This document shows, piece by piece, positions 37,641-48,100 of a stretch of DNA of 63,461 nt; positions within the stretch are counted from its first letter, which is position 1; every line of letters starts with the position of its first letter. A program made the translations under genes and the position numbers. This stretch comes from a virus (lineage: Duplodnaviria; Caudoviricetes), in IMG/VR virus record IMGVR_UViG_3300009503_000033, positions 1 through 63,461 of that record. One strand, given 5' to 3'. Under the pieces are notes generated by a model. It did not search any database and was not told the origin of the DNA. It worked only from the letters and a program-made list of their open reading frames with translations.

Positions 37641-39796
37641 TGGAGTATGCCTTACAGAGCATAGAGTATAGCGTAGAGGGGTCTAAACCAGTAGTTTACC
37701 TGTATGCTAGAGATGTTACAGGCAAGAGAGTCCTAATTAAGGACTCTTTCAGACCTTATTTCTACATAAGGACAAAGGACAGATGGAAGCTACCTACATC
37801 TATGTCTATTAGGAGATTGGAAAATGGCTACAGGAGCATATATGGTGAGGAACTAACTAAAGTGGAAATGACAATACCAGCTATGGTAAAGCTGATGAGA
37901 GAGAGGCTACATAAGAGCCAGATACATACCTATGAAGCAGACATAGAGTTCGTCTATAGGTACCTGATTGACAAGGGCATTACCTATGGATTTAATGATA
38001 AACTGGAGCCCATTCCCACCAATATTGCTCCTGTATGCCTCTATTTTGACATAGAAGCACCCAATAATGAGGTAGTTAGCATCACCTATAGGTGTAACAA
38101 TGAACTGCGTACTATGGTTCAAGGAACCAGTAAGGAGAATTTATGTAACATAAATTGTGAAGTATATAATAGTGAAAAGGAGCTACTGGAAGCCTTTATT
38201 GATGCTGTTGTTAGGCTAGACCCTGATGTATTGATAGGATGGAATATATCCTATGACCTAGGTAAGCTAAATGAACGCTGCAAGGCAGTAGGGGTGGACT
38301 CTTCCAGAATGTCACCAATGGGTATATGGAAGAGGGATAATAGAGGCTACTGGAAGGTAAAGGGCAGGGAAGTATTTGACCTGATGGAAGCATTCAGGAT
38401 ACTGATACATAAAGAGTATGAAGAGAGTCCATCCAGTAGCTTACAGTATGTAGCTAGGGCATACTTGAAGCAGGAGCCAATTACAGTATCTAATTGGGAT
38501 ACTATCTGGAAGACAGACCCAGTTAAGTTGGTTAGAAAGAACATTCAGGATGTAGAACTGATGATACAGGTCAATGAGAAGTATGGTGCCTTTGACCTGT
38601 TCGATGAAATTAGGAGGTTTATAGGATGTAGGCTGAAGGATACCCTCAAGAAGGGTACTATAGCAGACATAATGTTGCTCAGGAACACTCCCTATGTTCT
38701 ACCTAATAAGTATGTCCATACTCTGGGAGCTACTCAGGAGCATAAGTCATACTTAGGTGGCTATAGGAAGGCAGAAAGAGGTGTATATGACAACGTTCTC
38801 TATTTAGACTTCAAGGCATTCTACCCCACCATTATCATATTATATAATATAAGCATAGAGACCTTTGGTAAGGATAGTCAGGAAGAGGGTATAGTCCCTA
38901 AGCTATTGAAGAAGCTCATGGCACTTAGGGAGGAAAAGAAGCTATTAATGAAGCAGGCAAAGACTGAAGAAGAACATAGGAAGTATGATATCCAGCAGTA
39001 TTCACTAAAGACGGTAGTGAACAGCATCTATGGACAGTTTGGCTTCAATAGGAGTAGAATTTATGACTTGAAGTGTGCTGAAACCATTACAGCCTTAGCT
39101 AGGAAGCATATTCAGGAGGTAGAGGACTTACTTAGCCTCTTTACCCACGTCTGTTATATAGATACCGATGGTGCTATGTTCCCCTTTGAAGGTGATGTGA
39201 ATGAACTGATGTCTTCCCTATCCCAGCTGATAGGTCAATTCAGCATAGAGCTGGCTGATAGGTACAAGAGGGTAATTATACTGGATAAGGAACAGTATGC
39301 TGCCCTGACAGAGAATGGAGAGATTAAGGTGAAGGGACTGGAAAGCGTAAGGGCAGACTGGAGTCCTTATATAAAGGATACACAGATGGAGGTATTTAGA
39401 AGTGTATTACATGGAGCCAGTAGGGATGAAATTATAGCTAAGGTAAGAAGGGCTTACTATGACATATCCAAACAGCCCATCCACAGGCTCAAGATAGTGA
39501 AGGGCATTAAGAAGCCTATAGATGAGTATAAAGTTCAGTCATTCCACATCAAAGCCTGTGCTTTAGCTGAAAGGTTGCTTGGTATTAAATGGCAGGTGGG
39601 GGATAAACCTAACCTTATTCCATTAGAAGGAGGCATCTGGATAGCCATCAAGAGTGATACAGAGCTACCTCCAGAAATAGCCAGAAAGGTAGACTTCAAT
39701 AAGATTAGAGAACAGTTCAGACATGCTATAGGTCAGATTACAGACCTGATAGGCATCCCATGGAGCATTATAGAAGGTCAAACTACATTAGCATAA
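37625..39796 (+). CDS. polB: Family B DNA polymerase
   Basis: FDIE, GWNI.YD, DFKAFYP, K.VVNSIYG, YIDTDG, VKGLE. Confidence 0.95.
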   Translation: MDNAMMEYALQSIEYSVEGSKPVVYLYARDVTGKRVLIKDSFRPYFYIRTKDRWKLPTSMSIRRLENGYRSIYGEELTKVEMTIPAMVKLMRERLHKSQIHTYEADIEFVYRYLIDKGITYGFNDKLEPIPTNIAPVCLYFDIEAPNNEVVSITYRCNNELRTMVQGTSKENLCNINCEVYNSEKELLEAFIDAVVRLDPDVLIGWNISYDLGKLNERCKAVGVDSSRMSPMGIWKRDNRGYWKVKGREVFDLMEAFRILIHKEYEESPSSSLQYVARAYLKQEPITVSNWDTIWKTDPVKLVRKNIQDVELMIQVNEKYGAFDLFDEIRRFIGCRLKDTLKKGTIADIMLLRNTPYVLPNKYVHTLGATQEHKSYLGGYRKAERGVYDNVLYLDFKAFYPTIIILYNISIETFGKDSQEEGIVPKLLKKLMALREEKKLLMKQAKTEEEHRKYDIQQYSLKTVVNSIYGQFGFNRSRIYDLKCAETITALARKHIQEVEDLLSLFTHVCYIDTDGAMFPFEGDVNELMSSLSQLIGQFSIELADRYKRVIILDKEQYAALTENGEIKVKGLESVRADWSPYIKDTQMEVFRSVLHGASRDEIIAKVRRAYYDISKQPIHRLKIVKGIKKPIDEYKVQSFHIKACALAERLLGIKWQVGDKPNLIPLEGGIWIAIKSDTELPPEIARKVDFNKIREQFRHAIGQITDLIGIPWSIIEGQTTLA
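38138..38156. repeat. Perfect 19-bp palindrome AATTTATGTAACATAAATT inside polB
   Basis: 9-bp arms around a central base; consensus of the genome-wide family. Confidence 0.8.
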
Positions 39797-39832
39797 AGAA
39801 AGACTTAAATAGGAATTGATTTAAAATTCAAT

Positions 39833-40078
39833 GTGATTGCTATGCCAAGTCTCTTAGAGCGTTTAACTAAGCTTGAAACTAGGGTCGATGAGCTTGATAA
39901 GACCCTTCAAAGGCTGAATACTTACCTCAATAATATTAACTCCAATGTTAATAGTCTGAACAACCAGATTATACGCTTAAAGGGTAAAATGAGCTACATT
40001 GAAAAGCTCCAGTGGGGGCTATATATACCGATAATTCTTACCTTGATACTGACTATAATTAAGCTATTCATAGGGTAG
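39833..40078 (+). CDS. Coiled-coil protein with C-terminal TM helix
   Basis: Heptad pattern then hydrophobic tail; AAGACTTAAATA promoter-like site upstream. Confidence 0.65.
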   Translation: MIAMPSLLERLTKLETRVDELDKTLQRLNTYLNNINSNVNSLNNQIIRLKGKMSYIEKLQWGLYIPIILTLILTIIKLFIG

Positions 40079-41188
40079 GTGTTATATATCAGAGTATTAA
40101 TCCTTACAGAACCAATTACATCAACTGATATGTATGGAGAGATAGCTATCCAACTGGCTACCTATCTTGCTCAGGATAAGGATTACAAAGTCCATATTTT
40201 ACCCCTTCAATATGGTCCTACCAAGCCTCTTTTGCTTAATGGAGTATATATAGTGGGATTGAATGAAGGTATCCATGGTGCTGAGGCACTATCTTCCTTC
40301 CTCTCTCTTTCCAAACCAGATGTGCTAATTACTATGTGTATGCCTCAATCACTTTCTAAGTTAGATGCCAAGGCAGTTAGATGGATAGCTATGTATGATA
40401 GCATAGATTCACCCTTCTTGGATGGTGTACCGGAGGAGGCAGATGCCATAGTTACCAATACTAAATATATAAAGAAGAAGCTTAAGGAGGAGCTATTTCT
40501 TGATGCTCATTATATACCTGCTACGATAGAAGGTGCATATGCCAAGGAAGACACTACCGAATCCAGAAAGAGCTTAGGACTACCAGCAGAACCATTCTAT
40601 GTGGGTGTACTATCCAATAACCTAATGTATGAACAAATACCCACTGTAGTAATGGCATTCTCTATGGCATTCCAGAATACTCCTGTCAAGCTATCATTTC
40701 TATGTGCTCCATATAGAAGTAATGGGACTATGATACCAGAAGTCTGTAAACTGTTCAAGGTATTGGACCAGACTACCTTTCTAATGCATTCTGATGAGCT
40801 TTCTCCTTCTCAAATGGTTATAAAGGCATGGTTAAATTCATGTAACATAGTTTGTACAGCCAGTACAGGCTCCATAGACTATAGATTAGCCCTACAAGCT
40901 ATGGCTACAGGTAGACCAATAATTTATAATGGAGGTAATCCAATCCTCAAGGAGGTCATAGGTGATGCTGGATTACCCATAAAGAGTAATATGTTCTTTA
41001 GGGACATTTGGTATAGGAAGAGGTGGTGTGCTGACCCTGTAGCTATGAAGGAAGCTATGGTGGAACTTTATAATAATAGCAAGCTAAGGGAAGAGCTTTC
41101 GAGTAAGGCTGTGGATAGGTATAGGGACTATAGTCCTGCTGTGGTTCTGCCTAAGTGGAAGAGGCTTATAGAGGAGGTAGTTTCATGA
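40079..41188 (+). CDS. GT4-like glycosyltransferase, degenerate catalytic motif
   Basis: Paralogous to the next gene; GSIDYRLALQAMATGRPII replaces EGFGLPLIEA. Confidence 0.7.
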   Translation: MLYIRVLILTEPITSTDMYGEIAIQLATYLAQDKDYKVHILPLQYGPTKPLLLNGVYIVGLNEGIHGAEALSSFLSLSKPDVLITMCMPQSLSKLDAKAVRWIAMYDSIDSPFLDGVPEEADAIVTNTKYIKKKLKEELFLDAHYIPATIEGAYAKEDTTESRKSLGLPAEPFYVGVLSNNLMYEQIPTVVMAFSMAFQNTPVKLSFLCAPYRSNGTMIPEVCKLFKVLDQTTFLMHSDELSPSQMVIKAWLNSCNIVCTASTGSIDYRLALQAMATGRPIIYNGGNPILKEVIGDAGLPIKSNMFFRDIWYRKRWCADPVAMKEAMVELYNNSKLREELSSKAVDRYRDYSPAVVLPKWKRLIEEVVS

Positions 41189-42333
41189 GGGTATTAATAA
41201 TCAGTACCACACCCATGAATCCCACAGGCTATGGAATAGTAAGTAAGTACCTATCACAAGGTCTTGGAGAGGAACATGACGTATATATCTATGCTGAAGG
41301 CTATCAAGGACAGGAAATGAAGTTTGGTAAGGCTACTTTAGTTCCTACAGTAAGACCTGACGTGGAATTTAGACAGGATTCGATAGGTAGAATATATACT
41401 TCAATAAATAGGTACAAACCTGATGTGGTAATACCAATAGGTGACTTGCTATTCTATGACTACTTGGTAGAGCGTAAGAGGAATTTTAAATTGGTTCCTT
41501 ACTTCCCTGTAGATTCAGACCCTCCAAGGTATAGGGAAGTGCTGATGTGTAAGAATCTTGATGCTGTGGTAACCATCAGTAAGTGGGGTAAGAAGGTGCT
41601 GGAAAAGTATGGTGTTAAGGATGTTCATGCCATTCCCCATGGATACAATCCTGACATCTTTAAGCCTATGGATAAGAAGGTTATCAGAGAGCAGCTTGGA
41701 TTGCCCACCAATATATTCCTTCTGGGTACAGTTTCTACCAATGTCTGGCGTAAGAACATACCCAGTTTACTAGCCAGTTTTAAGTTAGCCTTTAGTGATA
41801 CGCCAGATGTTCATTTGCTAATGGTAACTCCACCTACCTCTAGGTATGGTTCAGACTTACCATCACTGGTTAAGTATTTAAAATTACAAAATAGGGTACA
41901 CTTTGTAGAGCAACTAGAATACTTAGCCTTGAGTGAGGCAGAACTAGCTCTATTATATAATGCTATGGATGTATTTGTGCTGGCTAGTACTGGAGAGGGC
42001 TTTGGATTGCCTCTGATAGAGGCTCAGGCTAGTGGAGTGCCCTGTATAGGTACTGATTACTCCAGCATAACAGAGCTACTGGAAGGCTCTGGGTTGTTAG
42101 TAAAGACTAAAGGTGGCTGGTGGGATGTCTTTGGTACTTGGAGGGCTGTAGTGGATGAGGATGCTATGGCTACAGCCATGAGAAAGTTGTATGACAATCC
42201 TGACCTTAGGGAGGAACTATCTAGGAAGGCTATAGAGAAAGCTAAGGAATATACGTGGCAGAACTCCAATAGGCAATGGTTAGATTTATTAAGCTCAATA
42301 GGTGATGTAGAGAGTGGTAAGCATGGGCATTAG
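41185..42333 (+). CDS. GT4 glycosyltransferase
   Basis: PTGYG, IPHG, RKN, GEGFGLPLIEAQASGVP. Confidence 0.9.
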   Translation: MRVLIISTTPMNPTGYGIVSKYLSQGLGEEHDVYIYAEGYQGQEMKFGKATLVPTVRPDVEFRQDSIGRIYTSINRYKPDVVIPIGDLLFYDYLVERKRNFKLVPYFPVDSDPPRYREVLMCKNLDAVVTISKWGKKVLEKYGVKDVHAIPHGYNPDIFKPMDKKVIREQLGLPTNIFLLGTVSTNVWRKNIPSLLASFKLAFSDTPDVHLLMVTPPTSRYGSDLPSLVKYLKLQNRVHFVEQLEYLALSEAELALLYNAMDVFVLASTGEGFGLPLIEAQASGVPCIGTDYSSITELLEGSGLLVKTKGGWWDVFGTWRAVVDEDAMATAMRKLYDNPDLREELSRKAIEKAKEYTWQNSNRQWLDLLSSIGDVESGKHGH

Positions 42334-43549
42334 AGATTATATAGTCAGACTAACTAGCAGGAAACCTACTCCTGTAGTTGAAGTAGCCAGACCACTGGCT
42401 CTGGATACAGAAGAGAAGTCATTTTCAGTTGATGTAACAGAAATTAGGTCCACTGGCTTGCCTAGCATGTCTGGTCTATATGAGGACTTTGAGCTGTTAT
42501 ATAGAAGGGATGGGGTAATATTTGGCATAGTCAATAAGTTTGCTAGAGATGTATCAGCTACCCAAATAGTAATTGATGCTAAGGATGAAACTGTCAAGAA
42601 GGAGTTAGAGGAATGGATGAACAGGAGTACCATATCATTTAGGGAGGTCATTAAGAATATTATAGTGGACAACTTGGTTTGGGGTAATGCCTTCTATGAA
42701 CTGAAGACCAATGCCAGTCTTGATGACATAGTTAGACTGGTAAGGAAGAATCCTAAGTATATGGACTTTGAAAGGGATATGAATGGCAATGTCATACTTG
42801 ATGAGCAGGGTAAACCTGTCAAGGTAGTTGAAGTAAGGAGTGGTAAGAAGACATATTACCCCAAGTACTTGGTAGCTCATTTTGCTCTATTTAGACTACC
42901 TGATGAACCTATAGGTATATCACCTCTAGAGTCATTGTATAACATAATAAAGTACAAGCTTAATGTAGAGAAGGCTAGCTCACAGGGCTTCTGGAGACAG
43001 GGATTCCCACCAATCATAGCTACTGTAGGGACTGATAATCAGCCAGCCACACCAGAGATGATGAAGGATGTAAAGAAGGCATTTGAGAAGCTACATAAGT
43101 CACTGGCTATATTCTTACCCCATTATGTAAAGGTTGATAGACTGGAGACAGAGCAACTTAGGGATGTGGACAAGCAGCTTAACTACCTAGTAGCTAGAAT
43201 CAAGGAAGCATATACCATGGCAGAAGGCAGTGCTACTGACTATGAAAGGACTGTAGCTAGCTATCAGAGAGAGCTGGAAACACAGATTAAGGAGGAAATA
43301 CTACAGCCTCTAGCAGACTTGAGGAAGTGGAAGGAAGTACCTTCAATAAAGTTTATAGAAGCTAGCCCTGAAACCAGATTAGCTAATGCCAGAACCCTAG
43401 CAGTCCTAGGTAGGCAGGGTCTGATAGTCTATGACCCAGAGCTGGAGAACTACCTCAGGAAGCAGTTAGGACTGCCTGAACTTGACCTTAACAAGCTTAC
43501 TGAAGAGGAAAAGCAGAAGAGGGCTGAAGTACAAAGGAGTAGGAGATAG
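42314..43549 (+). CDS. Portal protein
   Basis: VWGNAFYE, VAHF, GISPLE motifs; size; start of the head module. Confidence 0.85.
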   Translation: MVSMGIRDYIVRLTSRKPTPVVEVARPLALDTEEKSFSVDVTEIRSTGLPSMSGLYEDFELLYRRDGVIFGIVNKFARDVSATQIVIDAKDETVKKELEEWMNRSTISFREVIKNIIVDNLVWGNAFYELKTNASLDDIVRLVRKNPKYMDFERDMNGNVILDEQGKPVKVVEVRSGKKTYYPKYLVAHFALFRLPDEPIGISPLESLYNIIKYKLNVEKASSQGFWRQGFPPIIATVGTDNQPATPEMMKDVKKAFEKLHKSLAIFLPHYVKVDRLETEQLRDVDKQLNYLVARIKEAYTMAEGSATDYERTVASYQRELETQIKEEILQPLADLRKWKEVPSIKFIEASPETRLANARTLAVLGRQGLIVYDPELENYLRKQLGLPELDLNKLTEEEKQKRAEVQRSRR

Positions 43550-43834
43550 ATGAATAGGGTACAGGATGATATTGTAAGGGTAGGTAAGAAACCTAATTCT
43601 GTCTATGTACTGGCAGCATTGAATAAGCTACGTCAATATAGTGTCATAAAGATACAGGGATTTGGTATCAGGACTACTAAAGCCAGAAGGATAGCTGAAG
43701 ATGTAGTTAGTTTAACTGATAGTGAAATAGTATCATATACTCCTATTGAGGTACAGATACCATCTGGTAAGTCCTATGGCGTTGTAATTCTCATACGGAG
43801 GAAGACACATGAAGCTAAAGGAGATAAGAAATGA
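43550..43834 (+). CDS. Alba-like DNA/RNA-binding protein
   Basis: IVRVGKKP..YVLA, IKIQGFG..TTKA..IAE match the Alba pattern; 94 aa. Confidence 0.75.
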   Translation: MNRVQDDIVRVGKKPNSVYVLAALNKLRQYSVIKIQGFGIRTTKARRIAEDVVSLTDSEIVSYTPIEVQIPSGKSYGVVILIRRKTHEAKGDKK

Positions 43835-44111
43835 AGTGAGAAGGGCTAATGTAGAGAAGGTAAGGATATTCTTTAGTTCAGCACCTGATGATGAAGTATA
43901 TACAGCCAATGAGCTGGGCAATCTACTTAATCTGACTCCACAAGCTGTAAGAGGAGCAATACATAATAAGCTCATTAAAGACACCAAGCTGATTAGGAAA
44001 TTTAAAATTGGTCATAGTACGCTGTTTGGTACACCAAAGGCTATAGAGAAGCTAAAGAAGATGGTACAGGCAGAGTTTAATCACTACAAATGCAGAAAGG
44101 AGATTGAATGA
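43809..44111 (+). CDS. Winged-HTH DNA-binding protein
   Basis: YTANELGNLLNLTPQAVR. Confidence 0.65.
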   Translation: MKLKEIRNEVRRANVEKVRIFFSSAPDDEVYTANELGNLLNLTPQAVRGAIHNKLIKDTKLIRKFKIGHSTLFGTPKAIEKLKKMVQAEFNHYKCRKEIE

Positions 44112-45055
44112 AGTTAAGTAGAGCCATAGGGATGGTTAGAATAGCAGAAGAACAGGTATTGAGCTACCTCCAGAAGAGTAAGCTACCAGTGCCTAGGGCA
44201 GAACTGATGGAGAACTTAGGCTTAACATCCTTACAGCTTACCAGAATTTTAAATTCACTTAGGGAGCAAGGCTATGACATAAAAGGAGTCATTAGAGGAG
44301 GTGAGGAGTATTACTCTCTAGTAAGATATGGTAAGCTTACTACCGAGCATTACTATAAGGAACTGGGGGAAATAAGGACGCCCATACTGCTAACTGGTGA
44401 TTGGCATATTGGAGCTAAGTCCCATTCAGACATAGCCTACAGGGAGATGATAAAGGATATAGATGAATTTGACATACGCCATGTATTGGTAGCTGGTGAC
44501 GTGATACAGGGGTTGGGTGTTCATGCCTTGGAGCGTGAAGACCTATCCCTTTACTCTATAGATGAGCAGGTGGATGAGGCTATAGAGAAGCTTAAGGAAA
44601 TTCCATCAAGGGTAAAGGTCCATCTCATTATGGGTAACCATGAGCAAAAGATTAGGGCTGAGCATAAGATAGGGTTTGATGCCTGTGCTGCTATAGCTAA
44701 GGCACTAAGGAATGTAACTTACTATGGCTATACAGCTACCCTAACACTCAATAAGGACCATTCCATCTTTATGCTTCATGGTAAAGGAGGAGGCTCCTAT
44801 GCTAGTTCTTATGTTCTGGAGAAGGTATTCAGGAACCTTACTGAACGACCTTCTGTCCTATGCTTAGGACACTTCCATGAGCTAACTGTAGTTCATAAGC
44901 CCCCTAACTATCTTCTTGTCAAACCAGGTTGCTTGCAGCGTGAAACTATCTACATCATGTCTATGGGTGTAGCTGCTCAAGTAGGCTGGATAATACTGGA
45001 GGACTATAATGATGAACGTGCCACACCACTACTCAGATGCCCAAGGGTATACTAG
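44108..45055 (+). CDS. HTH-fused calcineurin-like metallophosphoesterase
   Basis: N-terminal wHTH; GDWHIG, AGD, GNHE, LHG, GHFH. Confidence 0.88.
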   Translation: MKLSRAIGMVRIAEEQVLSYLQKSKLPVPRAELMENLGLTSLQLTRILNSLREQGYDIKGVIRGGEEYYSLVRYGKLTTEHYYKELGEIRTPILLTGDWHIGAKSHSDIAYREMIKDIDEFDIRHVLVAGDVIQGLGVHALEREDLSLYSIDEQVDEAIEKLKEIPSRVKVHLIMGNHEQKIRAEHKIGFDACAAIAKALRNVTYYGYTATLTLNKDHSIFMLHGKGGGSYASSYVLEKVFRNLTERPSVLCLGHFHELTVVHKPPNYLLVKPGCLQRETIYIMSMGVAAQVGWIILEDYNDERATPLLRCPRVY

Positions 45056-45061
45056 AGAGAT

Positions 45062-45088
45062 AGGTTTATATTTTAAGTTACATAAATT
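45062..45088 (+). promoter_or_regulatory. TATA-like box abutting a palindromic site
   Basis: AGGTTTATA followed by TTTTAAGTTACATAAATT upstream of ORF 45123. Confidence 0.6.
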
Positions 45089-45122
45089 AGTGTGGTCATC
45101 CATCTCGTATGGAGGCTAAAAT

Positions 45123-48100
45123 ATGAATATAGTCTTCCTAGGGACAAGAGGTTTGGTAGAAGAACAGTCTGATACCCATAAGAGACATTCTGGATTACTC
45201 ATTAAGAGTAATACCACTAAGCTATTGATTGATGTAGGAGAGAAGAACTACTTAGACCTCAATCCTGATGCTATTATAGTAACCCATGCCCATCCTGACC
45301 ACTTCAACAAGGAAATTACTACCGTAGAGAAGCCTGTCTACTCAACTAAACAGATATTGAGGCTACTGAAGGGTGACATAAAGAACCCAGTTAGTGTGGA
45401 GGTAGAAAAGCCATTCAAGATAGGAGACATTACCTGTACTCTCTATAAGACCCTTCACTCTATCAAAACTCCATCAGTAGCTGTCAGGCTGGAGCACAAT
45501 GATAAAGTGGTAGTCTATACATCAGACGTGCTCTACATATATAATAGGGATAAGTTCCTTAATGGTGCTACTCTAGCTATAGGAGATGGGAGTAGCTTGA
45601 AGAAGGGAGGAATAGTCAGAAAGGATGAGGAACTAGGCATTTATGGTCATGAAGGTATACCTGACCAGATAGCTTGGTTCCTGAAGGCTGGTGTTAAGGC
45701 TATAGCCATTACTCACCTTGGTAAGGAGGCTATAGAGAAGGGTGATAAGGACTTAGAATTTATGTTACAAGAAATGGTTAAGGAGGAAGCTAATAGACTG
45801 GATAAACAGCCAGTTCCTATAATAGTGGCTAAGGATGGCTTGGAATTGAGTATGGAGGCTTTGGTAGACACATCAGGCATAATTTCACCTAAAGTCTTAC
45901 TACCAGAGGAAGTAAGACCCAAAGCAGGCATCATTCTGGTCAAGCCTCATGGTACATTACTCATTAAAGGTGACAAGCAGGCTATTGTGAAGTCTGTACA
46001 CCTTAAAGAGCACATAGATGAGCCATTATGGCTCATAGAGGATAAGAAGATATTGGGAATAGTGGTTTTGACAGAGCCTATAGTTATAGACCAGAAACAG
46101 TTTAAGGAACTTAGGGACAAACATAGGATTACTGATGAAGAAGCAGAGCAATGGGGCTTTAGTGACAAGAAAGAGCTGTATTATTACCCTGTAAAGGTAA
46201 TAGCTGCTTATGATACACCTTTAGAGATTGACTACCCTCAAGGTCCACAGCTATTTGTTAAGACTGATAACATAACTTGGCTTACTAAGCTATGGAAAGT
46301 TCCTTATGAACCAGAGAAAGCTACCAATGAACAGCTTGCTGATGACTATCGCCTATTGGTAGCTGTAATGGCTAAGTTACTCAAAGGTGAAAAGGTAAGG
46401 ATACAGGCTGGTAAGGATGAATACTTTAACAAGGATACTCTAAAGAACTTTGTAGTAAGGTTACTAAAAGAAGTAGCAAGGAGGAAGAAGGAAGGCACTA
46501 TAGATATGACCCTCCATATAGAGGAGTATAAGGAAGGTAGTCCATCATATGAATTGTGGAACTTAGTCAAGGATGGACTTACTGATGAAGAAATCAAGTT
46601 GCTTACTACTGCTTCTGAAGCTAAATTAGCTAAGTTCCCACCTCTGGAAAGTATTACTGAAGAATACCTCAAGACTCTATCAGATGAGGACTTGCTAAAG
46701 TTAAGGGACTATCTCCATCAACTATATCGTAAGGAAGGTAAGGTAACAGAGCCTATCTATGATGCTCATATACTGGTAGGCAAGGAAATTATAGCCAGAG
46801 GCATACCATACCCACCAGAAGAAGAGTGGGATGAGCTGGACAAGGCTACTGTCATACAATTCCTTGAATATCCTGAGCCAGCAGGTTTGGCTAAAGAGCT
46901 TACCATTAATGAGTTCCTATCTATGCTACCAGAGAGGTTTACCATATCAGAACCACCAGCTCAAATATTTGTAGCTGGAGGTATAGTCAATAGGGGTAAA
47001 GTAAGCTACCCACTGGAAGCAGGCAAGGAAGGTAGTGACATAGATATTATAATAAAACAACAATATCCAGATGATAGAATTATATATGAGCTATTGAGGA
47101 GATTGCCTCCAGATGTAGCTAAAGGAGTCCATGTTGTCTATGATAGAGAAGGTCCTATGATAGGCAATTGCATTCCCATATACCAATTAGCTTTCAGTAG
47201 AGTGACCAATCCTAAAGTAATAAGTCCATGGGAAGTACCATCCAAATTAGCTGAATTAGTCTTTGGTAAGCCAGTGGTGGGATTAAAGCCCAAGTCGGGC
47301 ATAGTAGGCAAGCTGGAATTCTGGTTAGCTAAGGATGCTTGGGAGCTATTTGCCTCTAAATATATAGAAGAGAATATACCTCTAATCATAGAACGTAAGT
47401 GTGATGGAAGACGATTCCAGCTACATGCTGACAAAGCTAAGGGTATAGCCAAGCTCTTTACAGAGGACAGGCAGAGGGATAGAGCACCAGCTATGCCTGA
47501 CATTATAAATGAGATTATGAAGGAAGGCAAGTTTGAAAATGTTATTTTGGACTGTGAAATAGAGGTATATGACATAGGGGATAAGAAACCAAAGGATGCA
47601 GAGACTAAAATTAGGCTGTTTGAGATGGTTCCAAGAGAGGATACGGCAAGCCTAACTACAGCAGAAAAGATACCAGAAAGCATGATAGATGGAGCAGTAG
47701 TGCAGGTATATGATATACTATGGCTTGATGGTAAGCCAGTGAATAACCTTACTACTCTAGAGAGGATAGAGCTAGTTCATAAGGTGGTTCCTAAAGGTCT
47801 TTACTGGTGGAGACCACTGCCTTATTACATAGCTACTAATCGTAAAGAGTTCTTTACATACCTAGAGAAAGTGAGGAGAGAGAATGGTTCAGAAGGGGCT
47901 ATAGTTAAGGCAGCTAATTCTACATATCCTATCAAGTATAGTGGTGAAAATAGGACTACTGAATGGTGTCTTACAGGAGGAAGTTTGATACTAACCGAGA
48001 ATGGATTTGAGCAAATAGCTTTTGTAAAAGAAGGAACTAGAGTGTTTGGAAAGGATGGTAAGTTACATAAAATTATTGCTAAGTCAGAAAGGCAACTACA

